64,000 bases of DNA, taken from NCBI RefSeq assembly GCF_058153355.1, contig NZ_CM177019.1; one strand, written 5' to 3'. The notes under the pieces were generated by a model. The model had not been told where the DNA came from. It saw nothing but the letters and a program-made list of their open reading frames with translations, and ran no database searches. Positions 25,609 to 40,677 of this stretch are shown piece by piece (the stretch's first letter is position 1; each line of letters begins with the position of its first letter). Both the position numbers and the translations under genes were made by a program.

Positions 25609-26274
25609 ATGAACGTTTTCTCGCAAACTCAACGCTATAAGGCGTTGTTCTGGTTATCGTTATTTCATCTGTTGGTGATCACCTCCAGTAACTATCTGGT
25701 TCAGCTTCCCGTATCCATTTTTGGTTTCCATACCACCTGGGGCGCGTTTAGCTTTCCGTTTATTTTCCTTGCTACCGACCTGACTGTGCGTATTTTTGGC
25801 GCACCGCTGGCCCGTCGTATCATCTTTGCGGTGATGATCCCGGCGTTACTGATCTCCTACGTCATCTCGTCGCTGTTCTATATGGGTTCCTGGCAGGGAT
25901 TCGGCGCGCTCGCCCACTTCAATCTGTTTGTCGCCCGTATCGCCACCGCCAGTTTCATGGCCTACGCGCTGGGGCAAATCCTCGACGTGCACGTTTTTAA
26001 CCGCCTGCGTCAGAGTCGTCGCTGGTGGCTGGCACCGACGGCTTCCACCCTGTTTGGTAACGTCAGCGACACGCTGGCCTTCTTCTTCATTGCCTTCTGG
26101 CGCAGCCCAGATGCCTTTATGGCTGAACACTGGATGGAAATCGCGCTGGTCGATTACTGTTTCAAAGTGTTAATCAGTATCGTTTTCTTCCTGCCAATGT
26201 ATGGCGTATTACTCAATATGCTGTTGAAAAGACTGGCAGATAAATCCGAAATCAACGCTTTGCAGGCGAGTTAA
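25609..26274 (+). CDS. yhhQ: queuosine precursor transporter
   Basis: 221-aa polytopic membrane ORF. Confidence 0.85.
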   Translation: MNVFSQTQRYKALFWLSLFHLLVITSSNYLVQLPVSIFGFHTTWGAFSFPFIFLATDLTVRIFGAPLARRIIFAVMIPALLISYVISSLFYMGSWQGFGALAHFNLFVARIATASFMAYALGQILDVHVFNRLRQSRRWWLAPTASTLFGNVSDTLAFFFIAFWRSPDAFMAEHWMEIALVDYCFKVLISIVFFLPMYGVLLNMLLKRLADKSEINALQAS

Positions 26275-26346
26275 AGGTTCGTTATCAGAGTTGTGATAAG
26301 ATGGATGAATGAGCCGTTATGGCCGTTTATCGAAAGGAAGAAGTCA

Positions 26347-26904
26347 ATGCGCAATCTGGTTAAATATGTCGGAATTGGCCTGCTGGTTATGGGGCTTGCG
26401 GCCTGTGATGATAAAGACACTAACGCTACGGCGCAGGGTTCGGTCGCGGAAAGTAACGCTACCGGGAATCCCGTCAACCTGCTTGATGGCAAGTTAAGTT
26501 TCTCGCTGCCAGCGGATATGACCGACCAGAGCGGTAAGCTGGGAACGCAGGCTAATAACATGCATGTCTGGTCCGACGCCACCGGGCAAAAAGCAGTCAT
26601 CGTCATCATGGGCGATGATCCGAAAGAAGATCTGGCGGTGCTGGCGAAGCGCCTGGAAGATCAGCAACGTAGCCGCGATCCGCAGCTGCAAGTGGTAACC
26701 AATAAAGCCATTGAGCTGAAAGGTCACAAAATGCAGCAGTTAGACAGCATTATCTCCGCGAAAGGCCAGACGGCGTACTCTTCCGTTATTCTGGGTAACG
26801 TGGGTAATCAACTGCTGACCATGCAAATTACGCTGCCAGCTGACGATCAGCAAAAAGCACAGACCACCGCAGAAAACATCATTAATACGCTGGTTATTCA
26901 GTAA
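26347..26904 (+). CDS. dcrB: periplasmic lipoprotein DcrB
   Basis: Start set at [20 protein letters not shown] (lipobox LAAC), 185 aa. Confidence 0.85.
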
Positions 26905-26907
26905 GTT

Positions 26908-28125
26908 TTAAGATGATGAGATGGCCTCAGGTACTTCCACCGGAGGCCGTTTTTTTAATCGCCACGTCAGTAATAACGCGATTGCGACCAGTCCCGCCGC
27001 CGCCAGATAAATCACCGGGACGCCCGCCCAACTCATCACCAGCCCAGCCAGTGGTCCGGTCACGCCAAGCGATAAATCCATAAATACGGTGTAAGTTGCC
27101 AGCGCCGCCCCCTGATTCTGCTGCGGCACTGCTTTTACCGCCACTACGCCCAATGCCGGGAACACCAGCGAAAACCCCGCCCCCGCGAGTAAGACGCCAA
27201 TTTTCGCCATCCACGGCATAGTCGCCACGCCAACCAGTAGCAGGCCGATTATCTCAACGCTAAAGCAGAGCATCGCCACATTTAAGCCGCCGATACGGTT
27301 AATGCCGTTAGGAAATAACAAACGCGTACCGACAAACGCACAGCTAAACAGCGTCAACGCGAAAGCCGCACCGTCCCAACCTTTAGCGTCATAAAACAGC
27401 GTGATAAAAGTGGCGATAACGCCAAATCCGGCGGAAGCCAGTGCCAGCGCCATGCCGTACAGCCAGACGCGCCCAAGCACCGCGCGAAACGGCAGCGGTT
27501 TGCCTTTACTGGCTTTTACCGTCGGACGCGGGATCGCCAACAAAATGGCCACCAGCGCCACGCCCATAATGATTAACGCTAACGCCTGCAAGCCGCCCCA
27601 GTGATAAAACACGACACCTAACGGCGCACCCATCGCCATCGCCCCGTAAGTGACAATGCCGTTCCACGAAATCACCCGCCCGATATGCAGCGAACCCACC
27701 ACGCCAACGCCCCATAGGGTCGATCCCGTTCCGGCAAAACTTTGCCCAATCCCAAGGATCACGCGCCCCAGGCACAGTAATAACAGGCTGATGACGGGCA
27801 GACTGGCGGTTAATCCTGCCGTCAGATACCCCAAACCGCTCAAAAAGCAGCCGCATAAACCGAAGACGACAATCTTTTTAGGTCCCAGCAAATCGGCGTA
27901 ACGTCCGGCATGAGGGCGGCTCAGCAAGGTGGCGAAATATTGCAGGCTGATAACCAATCCTGCCCAGAAAGCGCTAAAGCCCATCACATCATGGACATAG
28001 CCCGGTAATACAGCGAGCGGCAACCCGATGGTGAGGTAGCTGGCGAAGTTAAACATGACAATGGAGACAATGCGCAAATTCAGGCGCAATCCGTTTAGCG
28101 CGGGTTCGGCTACGGGTTCGGGCAT
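26908..28125 (-). CDS. yhhS: MFS transporter
   Basis: Start set at MPEPVAEPALNG (ATG 28123-28125), 405 aa, 12-TM profile. Confidence 0.85.
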   Translation of the reverse strand: MPEPVAEPALNGLRLNLRIVSIVMFNFASYLTIGLPLAVLPGYVHDVMGFSAFWAGLVISLQYFATLLSRPHAGRYADLLGPKKIVVFGLCGCFLSGLGYLTAGLTASLPVISLLLLCLGRVILGIGQSFAGTGSTLWGVGVVGSLHIGRVISWNGIVTYGAMAMGAPLGVVFYHWGGLQALALIIMGVALVAILLAIPRPTVKASKGKPLPFRAVLGRVWLYGMALALASAGFGVIATFITLFYDAKGWDGAAFALTLFSCAFVGTRLLFPNGINRIGGLNVAMLCFSVEIIGLLLVGVATMPWMAKIGVLLAGAGFSLVFPALGVVAVKAVPQQNQGAALATYTVFMDLSLGVTGPLAGLVMSWAGVPVIYLAAAGLVAIALLLTWRLKKRPPVEVPEAISSS

Positions 28126-28256
28126 GAGGATCACCACATTTTTACAACAGTGTTTCATTTTTACCACGTGCTGACGTGAAAATCAGCAGTAAGAATCAGA
28201 ATATTGCTGGCGTGACTCCCGCTACACTTAATACAAAAAGTCACAAGGAAGCCCCA

Positions 28257-29306
28257 ATGGAAACCCCTCAACCCGATAAAACGGGCATGCACATTCTGCT
28301 TAAACTGGCCTCGCTGGTAGTAATCCTCGCGGGCATTCACGCAGCGGCAGATATCATTGTGCAACTGTTACTGGCGCTGTTTTTTGCCATCGTCCTCAAC
28401 CCGCTCGTCACCTGGTTTATTCGTCGCGGAGTACAACGCCCCGTTGCAATTACGATTGTGGTGGTGGTGATGCTGATCGCACTTACCGCACTGGTCGGTG
28501 TACTGGCAGCTTCGTTTAACGAATTTATCTCTATGCTGCCGAAGTTTAATAAGGAGCTGACGCGCAAACTTTTTAAATTGCAGGAGATGTTGCCTTTTCT
28601 TAATTTGCATATGTCACCGGAGCGAATGCTGCAGCGGATGGACTCGGAAAAAGTGGTTACCTTCACCACGGCGCTAATGACCGGGCTTTCCGGGGCAATG
28701 GCGAGCGTGCTTTTGCTGGTGATGACCGTAGTTTTCATGCTGTTTGAAGTGCGCCACGTCCCTTACAAAATGCGTTTTGCGTTGAATAATCCACAGATTC
28801 ACATCGCCGGACTACACCGCGCCTTAAAAGGTGTTTCGCACTATCTTGCATTGAAGACACTGCTAAGTTTATGGACAGGCATTATCGTCTGGCTGGGGCT
28901 GGAACTTATGGGCGTACAGTTTGCGCTGATGTGGGCAGTACTGGCGTTTTTGCTCAACTACGTGCCCAATATCGGCGCGGTAATTTCCGCCGTACCGCCA
29001 ATGATTCAGGTGCTACTGTTTAATGGCGTTTACGAATGTATTCTGGTCGGCGCATTGTTTTTAGTGGTCCATATGGTCATCGGCAATATTTTAGAACCGC
29101 GGATGATGGGCCATCGCCTGGGGATGTCCACCATGGTGGTATTTCTTTCATTATTGATTTGGGGATGGCTGCTCGGCCCGGTAGGTATGTTGCTTTCGGT
29201 ACCATTAACTAGCGTGTGTAAAATCTGGATGGAAACCACCAAAGGCGGCAGCAAACTGGCGATCTTACTGGGGCCGGGCAGACCGAAAAGTCGGTTACCG
29301 GGATGA
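28257..29306 (+). CDS. yhhT: AI-2E family (PerM-like) transporter
   Basis: Start set at METPQPDKTGMHILL (ATG 28257), 349 aa membrane protein. Confidence 0.85.
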   Translation: METPQPDKTGMHILLKLASLVVILAGIHAAADIIVQLLLALFFAIVLNPLVTWFIRRGVQRPVAITIVVVVMLIALTALVGVLAASFNEFISMLPKFNKELTRKLFKLQEMLPFLNLHMSPERMLQRMDSEKVVTFTTALMTGLSGAMASVLLLVMTVVFMLFEVRHVPYKMRFALNNPQIHIAGLHRALKGVSHYLALKTLLSLWTGIIVWLGLELMGVQFALMWAVLAFLLNYVPNIGAVISAVPPMIQVLLFNGVYECILVGALFLVVHMVIGNILEPRMMGHRLGMSTMVVFLSLLIWGWLLGPVGMLLSVPLTSVCKIWMETTKGGSKLAILLGPGRPKSRLPG

Positions 29307-29360
29307 GGCGACAAGTGATACGATACGCACTTTCATTTTCCATTAAACGTTGGCCCTGAT

Positions 29361-29948
29361 ATGTATCGGATAGTTCTGGGGAAAGTTTCGACCTTAAGCG
29401 CAGCTCCACTGCCACCGGCTTTGCGCGAGCAAGCACCGCAAGGCCCACGGCGCGAACGCTGGCTGGCGGGGCGTGCATTGCTTTCACACACGCTTTCCCC
29501 GCTACCGGAGATCATCTATGGCGAACAAGGCAAACCCGCATTCGCATCGGAAACGCCGCTATGGTTCAACTTAAGCCATAGCGGTGACGATATTGCCCTA
29601 CTGTTGAGCGATGAAGGCGAAGTCGGCTGCGATATCGAAGTGATTCGCCCGCGTGCCAACTGGCGCTGGCTGGCGAACGCGGTGTTCAGCCTCGGAGAAC
29701 ATGCCGAGATGGACGCCGTGCATCCAGATCAGCAACTGGAAATGTTCTGGCGCATCTGGACACGCAAAGAAGCCATCGTTAAACAACGTGGCGGCAGCGC
29801 CTGGCAAATCGTCAGCGTAGACAGCACCTATCAGTCCTCGCTGTCAGTCAGCCATTGTCAGCTTGAAAATTTAAGTCTGGCGATCTGCACCCCTACTCCC
29901 TTTACGCTCACCGCCGACAGTGTGCAATGGATCGATTCAGTTAACTGA
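29361..29948 (+). CDS. acpT: 4'-phosphopantetheinyl transferase
   Basis: 195-aa ORF with Sfp-type PPTase motifs (FNLSHSGD, WTRKEAIVK). Confidence 0.85.
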   Translation: MYRIVLGKVSTLSAAPLPPALREQAPQGPRRERWLAGRALLSHTLSPLPEIIYGEQGKPAFASETPLWFNLSHSGDDIALLLSDEGEVGCDIEVIRPRANWRWLANAVFSLGEHAEMDAVHPDQQLEMFWRIWTRKEAIVKQRGGSAWQIVSVDSTYQSSLSVSHCQLENLSLAICTPTPFTLTADSVQWIDSVN

Positions 29949-29993
29949 TCGGCCCATCCGACTGCCCATCTATTGATCCAGAACAGGTTATCA

Positions 29994-30021
29994 GTATGAC
30001 GAATACTTAAAATCGTCATAC
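29994..30021 (+). promoter_or_regulatory. NikR operator in nikA promoter
   Basis: GTATGA-N16-TCATAC dyad (GTATGACGAATACTTAAAATCGTCATAC) 40 bp upstream of nikA start. Confidence 0.85.
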
Positions 30022-30058
30022 TTATTTCCGCCATCTATTTTAATCCATTGGGGTTACC

Positions 30059-31633
30059 ATGCTCTCCACACTCCGCCGCACTCTATTTGCGCTGCTGGCT
30101 TGTGCGTCTTTTATCGTCCATGCCGCTGCACCAGATGAAATCACCACCGCCTGGCCGGTGAATGTCGGGCCACTAAACCCGCACCTTTACACACCCAACC
30201 AGATGTTCGCCCAGAGCATGGTTTATGAACCACTGGTGAAATATCAGGCAGACGGTTCGGTGATCCCGTGGCTGGCAAAAAGCTGGACCCATTCAGAAGA
30301 TGGCAAAACCTGGACCTTCACCCTGCGTGATGATGTGAAATTCTCTAACGGTGAACCATTTGATGCAGAGGCCGCGGCAGAAAACTTCCGCGCTGTGCTC
30401 GACAACCGTCAACGTCACGCCTGGCTGGAGCTGGCAAACCAGATTGTTGATGTCAAAGCTCTCAGTAAAACCGAGCTGCAAATCACCCTGAAAAGCGCCT
30501 ACTACCCTTTCCTGCAAGAACTGGCCCTGCCCCGTCCTTTCCGCTTTATCGCCCCCTCGCAGTTTAAAAATAATGAAACCATGAACGGGATTAAAGCGCC
30601 GATTGGTACCGGGCCGTGGGTTTTGCAGGAATCGAAACTGAATCAATACGATGTCTTCGTCCGTAACGAAAACTACTGGGGCGAAAAGCCGGCGATTAAG
30701 AAGATCACTTTTAACGTCATCCCAGACCCGACTACCCGCGCAGTAGCGTTTGAAACTGGCGATATCGATCTGCTATACGGTAATGAAGGGCTATTACCGC
30801 TCGATACCTTCGCCCGCTTTAGCCAGAACCCGGCCTACCACACCCAACTGTCACAGCCGATCGAAACCGTGATGCTGGCGCTTAATACCGCCAAAGCCCC
30901 CACCAACGAACTGGCCGTACGTGAAGCGCTCAATTACGCGGTAAACAAAAAATCGCTGATCGATAACGCGTTGTATGGCACCCAGCAGGTCGCCGACACC
31001 CTGTTTGCCCCTTCCGTGCCCTATGCCAATCTCGGCCTGAAACCGCGCCAGTACGATCCGCAGAAAGCGAAAGCGTTGCTGGAACAAGCAGGCTGGACGC
31101 TGCCCGCAGGCAAAGACATCCGCGAGAAAAATGGTCAGCCGCTGCGCATTGAACTGTCGTTCATCGGCACCGATGCGTTAAGCAAATCAATGGCCGAAAT
31201 CATTCAGGCTGATATGCGCCAGATTGGCGCGGATGTCACGCTGATCGGCGAAGAAGAGAGCAGTATCTATGCTCGTCAGCGCGACGGTCGTTTTGGCATG
31301 ATTTTCCACCGTACCTGGGGCGCGCCATACGATCCACACGCCTTCCTGAGTTCAATGCGCGTACCGTCGCACGCTGACTTCCAGGCACAGCAAGGTTTAG
31401 CCGACAAGCCACTGATTGATAAAGAGATTGGCGAAGTGCTGGCGACACACGACGAAACACAACGTCAGGCACTGTATCGCGACATTCTGACCCGTCTGCA
31501 TGACGAGGCGGTTTATCTGCCCATCAGCTATATCTCAATGATGGTGGTTTCAAAACCGGAACTAGGTAACATCCCCTACGCGCCGATCGCCACCGAAATC
31601 CCGTTCGAACAGATTAAACCGGTGAAACCTTAA
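30059..31633 (+). CDS. nikA: periplasmic nickel-binding protein
   Basis: 524-aa ORF with signal peptide, SBP family 5. Confidence 0.9.
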   Translation: MLSTLRRTLFALLACASFIVHAAAPDEITTAWPVNVGPLNPHLYTPNQMFAQSMVYEPLVKYQADGSVIPWLAKSWTHSEDGKTWTFTLRDDVKFSNGEPFDAEAAAENFRAVLDNRQRHAWLELANQIVDVKALSKTELQITLKSAYYPFLQELALPRPFRFIAPSQFKNNETMNGIKAPIGTGPWVLQESKLNQYDVFVRNENYWGEKPAIKKITFNVIPDPTTRAVAFETGDIDLLYGNEGLLPLDTFARFSQNPAYHTQLSQPIETVMLALNTAKAPTNELAVREALNYAVNKKSLIDNALYGTQQVADTLFAPSVPYANLGLKPRQYDPQKAKALLEQAGWTLPAGKDIREKNGQPLRIELSFIGTDALSKSMAEIIQADMRQIGADVTLIGEEESSIYARQRDGRFGMIFHRTWGAPYDPHAFLSSMRVPSHADFQAQQGLADKPLIDKEIGEVLATHDETQRQALYRDILTRLHDEAVYLPISYISMMVVSKPELGNIPYAPIATEIPFEQIKPVKP

Positions 31634-32573
31634 TGTTGCGTTATGTATTACGCCGCTTTCTGCTGCTGATCCCGATGGTGCTCGCCGCCTCGGTGATCAT
31701 TTTTCTGATGCTGCGCCTCGGCACCGGCGACCCGGCGCTCGATTATCTGCGTCTGTCTAACCTACCGCCGACGCCGGAAATGCTGGCTTCTACCCGCACC
31801 ATGCTGGGGCTGGATCAGCCGTTGTACGTGCAGTACGGAACCTGGTTGTGGAAAGCGCTGCATCTTGACTTTGGTATCTCATTCGCCAGCCAACGCCCGG
31901 TGCTGGACGATATGCTGACCTTCCTGCCCGCCACGCTGGAACTGGCGGGCGCGGCGCTAGTGTTAATTCTGCTCACTTCCGTGCCGCTCGGCATCTGGGC
32001 GGCGCGCCATCGCGACCGCCTGCCGGATTTCGCCGTGCGTTTTATCGCGTTTCTTGGCGTGTCGATGCCTAACTTCTGGTTAGCGTTTTTACTGGTGATG
32101 GCATTTTCAGTGTATCTGCAATGGCTGCCCGCGATGGGTTACGGCGGCTGGCAGCATATCATTTTGCCTGCTGTTTCCATCGCTTTTATGTCGCTGGCGA
32201 TTAACGCGCGTCTGCTGCGCGCCAGTATGCTGGACGTCGCGGGTCAGCGTCATGTGACCTGGGCGCGACTGCGCGGCCTGAACGACAAACAGACCGAACG
32301 CCGCCATATCCTGCGCAATGCCTCGCTGCCGATGATCACCGCCGTGGGGATGCACATTGGCGAACTGATTGGCGGGACGATGATTATCGAAAACATCTTT
32401 GCCTGGCCGGGCGTCGGGCGCTATGCGGTGTCGGCGATTTTTAACCGTGACTATCCGGTGATCCAATGCTTTACGCTGATGATGGTGGTGGTTTTTGTGG
32501 TCTGTAATTTGATTGTCGATTTGCTCAACGCCGCGCTGGACCCGCGCATTCGTCGTCATGAAGGAGCGCACGC

Positions 32574-32577
<4 letters not shown>
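31633..32577 (+). CDS. nikB: nickel ABC transporter permease
   Basis: 314-aa membrane ORF, coupled to nikA stop. Confidence 0.9.
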
Positions 32578-35380
<2,803 letters not shown>

Positions 35381-35388
35381 GCCCGTAA

Positions 35389-36516
35389 TTACGCCATTGT
35401 CCCAATCGTCTTCCTGAATCGCAGCAGCGCGATGGTGAAAAACACGCCGCCAATTGCCATCAACGTCAGGAACTGCGGCCAGACGATTTCGAATCCGGCA
35501 CCCCGGTAGAGGATGGCCTGCGCGAGGCTGACAAAGTGTGTCGTCGGCATGGTCAGCATAATGTCCTGCACCATCTGCGGCATACTTTCGCGCGGCGTGG
35601 AGCCACCGGAAAGCATTTGCAGCGGCAGCAGCACCAGAATCACCAGCAGCCCCAGTTGCGGCATTGAACGCGCTATCGTCCCCATAAAAATGCCGATTGA
35701 CGTGGTGGCAAACAGACTGAGCGCCACGCCCAACATAAACAACGGGATCGAGCCTTCAATCGGTACGCCCAGCACGCCTTTTACCATCAGCACCAGCGAT
35801 AATCCCGATACCACCAGCACCACCAGCCCCATCGACCAGATCTTCGCCATCATGATCTCAAACGGCGTTATCGGCATCACCAGTAAGTGTTCCACCGTGC
35901 CGTGTTCACGCTCGCGGATCAGCGCCGATCCGGTCAACACAATCGCCAGCATGGTAATGTTGTTGATGATCGCCATCACCCCGCCAAACCATGCGGGATC
36001 GAGGTTCGGGTTAAAGCGCATGCGGGTTTCCAGCGATACCAACGGTTCGCTGTTATCACGGTAGCGAGCGACAAAGCTGTTCACTTCACCGTTGATAATA
36101 TTCTGGATATAACCGTTGCCAGTGAATGCCTGGCTCATGCGCGTGGCATCGACGTTCACCTGAATATCCGGCTGACGTCCTGCGAGGACATCACGCTGAA
36201 AATTAGGCGGAATATTTATCGCGAAGGTATAGCGCCCGGCGTCCAGCCCGGCATCCATCTCATCGGCGGTGATCATCTCCGGGGGCAAAAACCACGGGCG
36301 GTAGAAGCTGTTAACGATCCGGTTCGATAACTGCGATTGATCCATATCAGCAATGGCGATCGGCGCGAGGTTCAACGATCCTGGCGTAACGGTCGCTGAC
36401 GAATACACCGACACCGTAAACGAGAAGACAATCAGCGTCAGCATCGCTTTATCACCGAGCAGACTGCGCAACTCTTTGATACCCAGATTAAAAATATTGC
36501 GTAAATGGCGCATCAT
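35389..36516 (-). CDS. yhhJ: ABC-2 type transporter permease
   Basis: Start set at [16 protein letters not shown] (36514-36516) with RBS GGAGGG and ATGATGA overlap with rbbA stop; about 375 aa. Confidence 0.85.
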   Translation of the reverse strand: MMRHLRNIFNLGIKELRSLLGDKAMLTLIVFSFTVSVYSSATVTPGSLNLAPIAIADMDQSQLSNRIVNSFYRPWFLPPEMITADEMDAGLDAGRYTFAINIPPNFQRDVLAGRQPDIQVNVDATRMSQAFTGNGYIQNIINGEVNSFVARYRDNSEPLVSLETRMRFNPNLDPAWFGGVMAIINNITMLAIVLTGSALIREREHGTVEHLLVMPITPFEIMMAKIWSMGLVVLVVSGLSLVLMVKGVLGVPIEGSIPLFMLGVALSLFATTSIGIFMGTIARSMPQLGLLVILVLLPLQMLSGGSTPRESMPQMVQDIMLTMPTTHFVSLAQAILYRGAGFEIVWPQFLTLMAIGGVFFTIALLRFRKTIGTMA

Positions 36517-39248
36517 CCCTCCTGTTTTTTCAGCAGCAGGATGCTTAAGCCCATCACCAGCGGGATGGCTATCAGCAACGGGATAAAAAGTTGCCATAAA
36601 TCCGTCAGATCCAGCGCCTTCGAGAACGTCCCGCGGGCGATAGTCAGAAAATGACTGGTCGGGTAAACCTCGCCGATCCAACGTCCTGGACCTTCCAGCG
36701 AAGCTACCGGATCGATCATCCCGGAAAACTGCGTCGCCGGAATCAACGTGATAATCGCCGTACCGAAAATGGCGGCAATCTGGCTTTTCATAAAAGTAGA
36801 GATCAGCAGCCCCATTCCGGTGGCGATGATGATATACAGCAGCGCCGCCAGGGTGAGCGTCAGGAAACTGCCTTTATGCGGTACGCCAAACACAAACACC
36901 GACAGGCCGCAGAGCAGGAAAAAGTTCAGCATCCCCAGCGCAATGTACGGCAGCTGTTTGCCAAGTAAAAATTCGCTGCGGGTGGTGGGGGTTACGTAAA
37001 GGTTGATAATCGACCCCAACTCTTTTTCCCGCACTACGCTAAGGGCGCTTAACATCGACGGAATCATCATCAGCAACAGCGGGATCACCGCCGGAACAAT
37101 CGCTGGCAGGCTTTTTACGTCCGGGTTATAGCGATAGCGTGTCTCAATATTCATCAGCCCGCTTTGGCTCGCGGGCGTGGATTGCCGACTCGCCACATCC
37201 TGTAGCCAGCTCTGGTGCATGGCCTGCACGTAACCTTTTACCGTTTCGGCACGACTGGGCATCGCACCGTCGATCCAGACACCGAGTTCCACAGGCGTAC
37301 CACGCGCGATATCGCGCCCGAAATTGGGTGGAATCTCAATCGCCACCGTGATATCGCCCGCACGCATCCGGCGATCAAGCTCGTCATAACTGGTGAGCGG
37401 CGGCTGCTCGATAAAGTAACGGGAACCGGAGAGATTGAGCGTCCACGCCTGGCTACTAACGGTCTGGTCGCGGTCGAGCACCGCAAAGCGCAGATTTTCC
37501 ACATCCATACTGATGCCATAACCCATTATCAGCATCAGGATCACCGTTCCCATCAGCGCCAGCGTCGAACGTACCGGATCGCGGCGCAGTTCCAGTGCTT
37601 CGCGACGGCTGTAGCTAAACAGACGTCGCAGGCTAAATCCCTGACGCGGCGCGTGGGTGGTATCATGTACCACAGGCGGCGCTTCGGCTTCGTTGCTCTG
37701 CCCTGCCGCTTCCTGCAAATAGGCGATAAATGCCTCTTCCAGACTGGCGGCTCCGCGTTTCTCAACCAGTTCCTGCGGTGTACCGCTGGCGAGCACTTTT
37801 CCGGCGTGCATTAGTGAGATGCGGTCGCACCGTTCCGCTTCGTTCATAAAGTGGGTGGAGATGAAAATGGTCACTTTGTCCTGGCGCGAAAGATCGACCA
37901 TTAACTGCCAGAACATATCCCTCGCCACTGGATCGACGCCAGAAGTAGGCTCATCGAGGATTAACATCTCCGGCCGATGAATCACCGCCACCGCCAGCGA
38001 AAGCCGCTGGCGAATGCCGAGCGGCAATGACTCCGGCAGAACATCTTCAACGTCGTTGAGCTTAAAACGCTCGCTCATTTCAGCCACTCGCGCGGGAATT
38101 TCCGCTTCCGGAATGTGAAACAAACGGGCATGTAACTCCAGGTTTTGCCGCACGGTGAGTTCGTTATAGAGCGAAAACGCCTGCGACATATAGCCCACCC
38201 GACGGCGAGTATCGATATCTTTTGGATCAACCGGTTGCCCGAACAGCCACGCCTCACCTTCGCTGGCGGGTAGCAGTCCGGTAAGCATTTTCATGGTGGT
38301 GGATTTACCGCAGCCGTTCGAACCAAGGAAGCCAAAAATCTCCCCGCGTGGAATGCGGAAATTGACGTGATCAACGGCAACGAAGGAACCAAAACGCATG
38401 GTCAGATCGCGCGCTTCGATGGCAATCTCTGCGTTTTCAGGTTGATACGGTGGGATCACTACCGCCTGATGCGCCTGCCGTTGTGCTTGCGGTAACAGAT
38501 TAATAAATGCTTCTTCCAGCGTGGCGCTTTGCGTTTGCTGCCGCAGCTCTTCGGCGCTGCCAGTCGCCAGTACTTCTCCGGCATTCATCGCTACCAGCCA
38601 GTCGAAGCGTTCCGCCTCTTCCATATAGGCGGTGGCAACCAGCACGCTCATATTGCTCTGCCGCTGGCGAATACTGTCGATCAGATCCCAGAACTGGGCG
38701 CGAGAGAGCGGGTCAACCCCCGTTGTTGGCTCATCAAGAATCAACAATTCCGGGTCGTGGATTAACGCACAGCACAGCCCCAGTTTTTGCTTCATCCCGC
38801 CGGAGAGTTTACCTGCCGGACGATCGCGAAACGGTGCTAACCCGGTGCTGGTCAGCAGCTCATTAATTCGGACTTCCCGCTCCGCTTTGTCGTGACCGAA
38901 CAGGCGGGCGAAAAAATCGACGTTTTCATACACCGACAAGGTGTGGTAGAGGTTTTTGCCCAGTCCCTGCGGCATCCAGGCAATGCGCGGGCAGACGTCA
39001 CGGCGATGCCTCGGGTCGCGCATATCGCCGCCCAGCACGATCACGTTGCCCTGCTCAATGACGCGGGCACCGGAAATCAGTGACAACAAACTCGACTTCC
39101 CAACGCCGTCCGGGCCAATCAGCCCGACCATGCAGCGGGCCGGAATGTCGAGAGTGATATTGTTCAGCGCAACAGTTTTTCCATAATGCTGGCTCACGCC
39201 CGCCAGTTGCGCGACAGGCGGGACGGGAACCAGTTCCAGATGCGTCAT
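36513..39248 (-). CDS. rbbA: ribosome-associated ATPase (fused tandem ABC ATPase plus permease)
   Basis: 911-aa ORF with two Walker A motifs ([18 protein letters not shown]) and C-terminal ABC-2 permease domain. Confidence 0.9.
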   Translation of the reverse strand: MTHLELVPVPPVAQLAGVSQHYGKTVALNNITLDIPARCMVGLIGPDGVGKSSLLSLISGARVIEQGNVIVLGGDMRDPRHRRDVCPRIAWMPQGLGKNLYHTLSVYENVDFFARLFGHDKAEREVRINELLTSTGLAPFRDRPAGKLSGGMKQKLGLCCALIHDPELLILDEPTTGVDPLSRAQFWDLIDSIRQRQSNMSVLVATAYMEEAERFDWLVAMNAGEVLATGSAEELRQQTQSATLEEAFINLLPQAQRQAHQAVVIPPYQPENAEIAIEARDLTMRFGSFVAVDHVNFRIPRGEIFGFLGSNGCGKSTTMKMLTGLLPASEGEAWLFGQPVDPKDIDTRRRVGYMSQAFSLYNELTVRQNLELHARLFHIPEAEIPARVAEMSERFKLNDVEDVLPESLPLGIRQRLSLAVAVIHRPEMLILDEPTSGVDPVARDMFWQLMVDLSRQDKVTIFISTHFMNEAERCDRISLMHAGKVLASGTPQELVEKRGAASLEEAFIAYLQEAAGQSNEAEAPPVVHDTTHAPRQGFSLRRLFSYSRREALELRRDPVRSTLALMGTVILMLIMGYGISMDVENLRFAVLDRDQTVSSQAWTLNLSGSRYFIEQPPLTSYDELDRRMRAGDITVAIEIPPNFGRDIARGTPVELGVWIDGAMPSRAETVKGYVQAMHQSWLQDVASRQSTPASQSGLMNIETRYRYNPDVKSLPAIVPAVIPLLLMMIPSMLSALSVVREKELGSIINLYVTPTTRSEFLLGKQLPYIALGMLNFFLLCGLSVFVFGVPHKGSFLTLTLAALLYIIIATGMGLLISTFMKSQIAAIFGTAIITLIPATQFSGMIDPVASLEGPGRWIGEVYPTSHFLTIARGTFSKALDLTDLWQLFIPLLIAIPLVMGLSILLLKKQEG

Positions 39249-40312
39249 TGCGGCAACCTCACCACCAGGTCGTCAGGCCACGGAAGTTCTTCATTCACCC
39301 GTACCCACGCTACGCCCGGCAAACCGGTTTTGACATATTCCAGATGCTGCTGGAGTAATTCCGGTGGGATACGCGCTTTGACACGGAACATCAGTTTCAG
39401 CCGTTCATCGCTGGTTTCGACGGTTTTTGGCGTGAACTGGGCGACGCTGGCGACAAAGCTGATGGACGCAGGAATACGCAGATCTGGCGCGGCATCGAGG
39501 ATCAGTCGGGCTTCGCCGCCCAGTTTCAGCGTGCCCGCCTGTTCGGTTGGCAGGAAGAAGGTCATATAGACATCGCTGAGATCGACCATATTTAGCACCC
39601 GACCGCCTGCTGCCAGCACTTCGCCTGGCTCGGCAACCCGATACTGCACGCGTCCGTCACGCGGGGCTTTCAGTTCGCTGTCATCGATATCTGCGGCAAT
39701 GCGCCGTTCAATGGCTTGTGCCGCTTCGACGCGGGTTTGCGCCTGAATGATATTGGTGCGTGCTGCTTCTATAGCCGCTTTAGAAGCCGATACCTGAGCT
39801 TTCGCCGATTCCAGCGCGGATCGGGCGCTCTCGGCGGCGGCGCGATCGTCATCCAGCTGTTGCGCAGAAATAGCCCCCCGTTGGGCAAGCGAGCGGGAAC
39901 GCGTATGACGTTTAGCCACGGAGTCCAGTTCTGCCTGGCGTTGATTAACCAGCGACTGTGCGGCGCGAGTTTCGCTTTGTCGTTGCTCCAGCAAAGCCTG
40001 CGCGGCGGCAACGGCGCTTTGTGCTTCTTTGATTTGCGCGATGGCTTCCAGTCGCTGTTCCTGCAACACGCGAGTATCCATCTTCGCCAATACTTCACCT
40101 TCACGAACAAACTGGCCTTCTTTCACCAGAATGGTGTCGATACGCCCGGCAATTTTGCTGGCGATATCCACTTCCGTCGCTTCAATACGCCCATTGCTGA
40201 CGGCAAAGCCTTCCGGCACACCTGCCGGGCGCAACAGCCACCACGCCACGACAGCAACCACTGCCAGTAACCCGACAACCCACCACGCCAGATGGCGCTT
40301 ACTCTTATCCAT
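39245..40312 (-). CDS. yhiI: HlyD-family membrane fusion protein
   Basis: Start set at [20 protein letters not shown] (ATG 40310-40312), 355 aa, coiled-coil middle region. Confidence 0.85.
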   Translation of the reverse strand: MDKSKRHLAWWVVGLLAVVAVVAWWLLRPAGVPEGFAVSNGRIEATEVDIASKIAGRIDTILVKEGQFVREGEVLAKMDTRVLQEQRLEAIAQIKEAQSAVAAAQALLEQRQSETRAAQSLVNQRQAELDSVAKRHTRSRSLAQRGAISAQQLDDDRAAAESARSALESAKAQVSASKAAIEAARTNIIQAQTRVEAAQAIERRIAADIDDSELKAPRDGRVQYRVAEPGEVLAAGGRVLNMVDLSDVYMTFFLPTEQAGTLKLGGEARLILDAAPDLRIPASISFVASVAQFTPKTVETSDERLKLMFRVKARIPPELLQQHLEYVKTGLPGVAWVRVNEELPWPDDLVVRLPQ

Positions 40313-40677
40313 AATCGACCCGCCATAATCCCTGTAAGCAAACGACACGTGTTACAACTGCCGCCGAACGACGTTCAGCGGATTCATCCATCCGGGATAA
40401 GAAGGAAACGGCAAATACGACCAGCGCACAGAGTATTGAGCGCCAACGGGGAAGGCTTAGTGAAAACGGGTAGTAATGTTGTCATCATCAGCATTCCTGG
40501 CCGTAAATGAAACACGCATACTCATAAGTGTGATCTATAAAACTGGCTGATAAAACGGTATCCATCCTGTTGGATAGCGTTTCACGCCTGTTCAGTTGCA
40601 GGAACAGAGCATTCCTTTTTACGTTTTATCAACAGTCTCAACCAGATAGTAACATTAATATTCATGTTGTCTATGGT

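Noticed and set aside
35389-36681. Longer 430-aa version of yhhJ starting at 36681
   Set aside because: The upstream extension overlaps the rbbA coding region in another frame and lacks an RBS; the internal start at 36516 has GGAGGG and an ATGATGA coupling overlap with rbbA.
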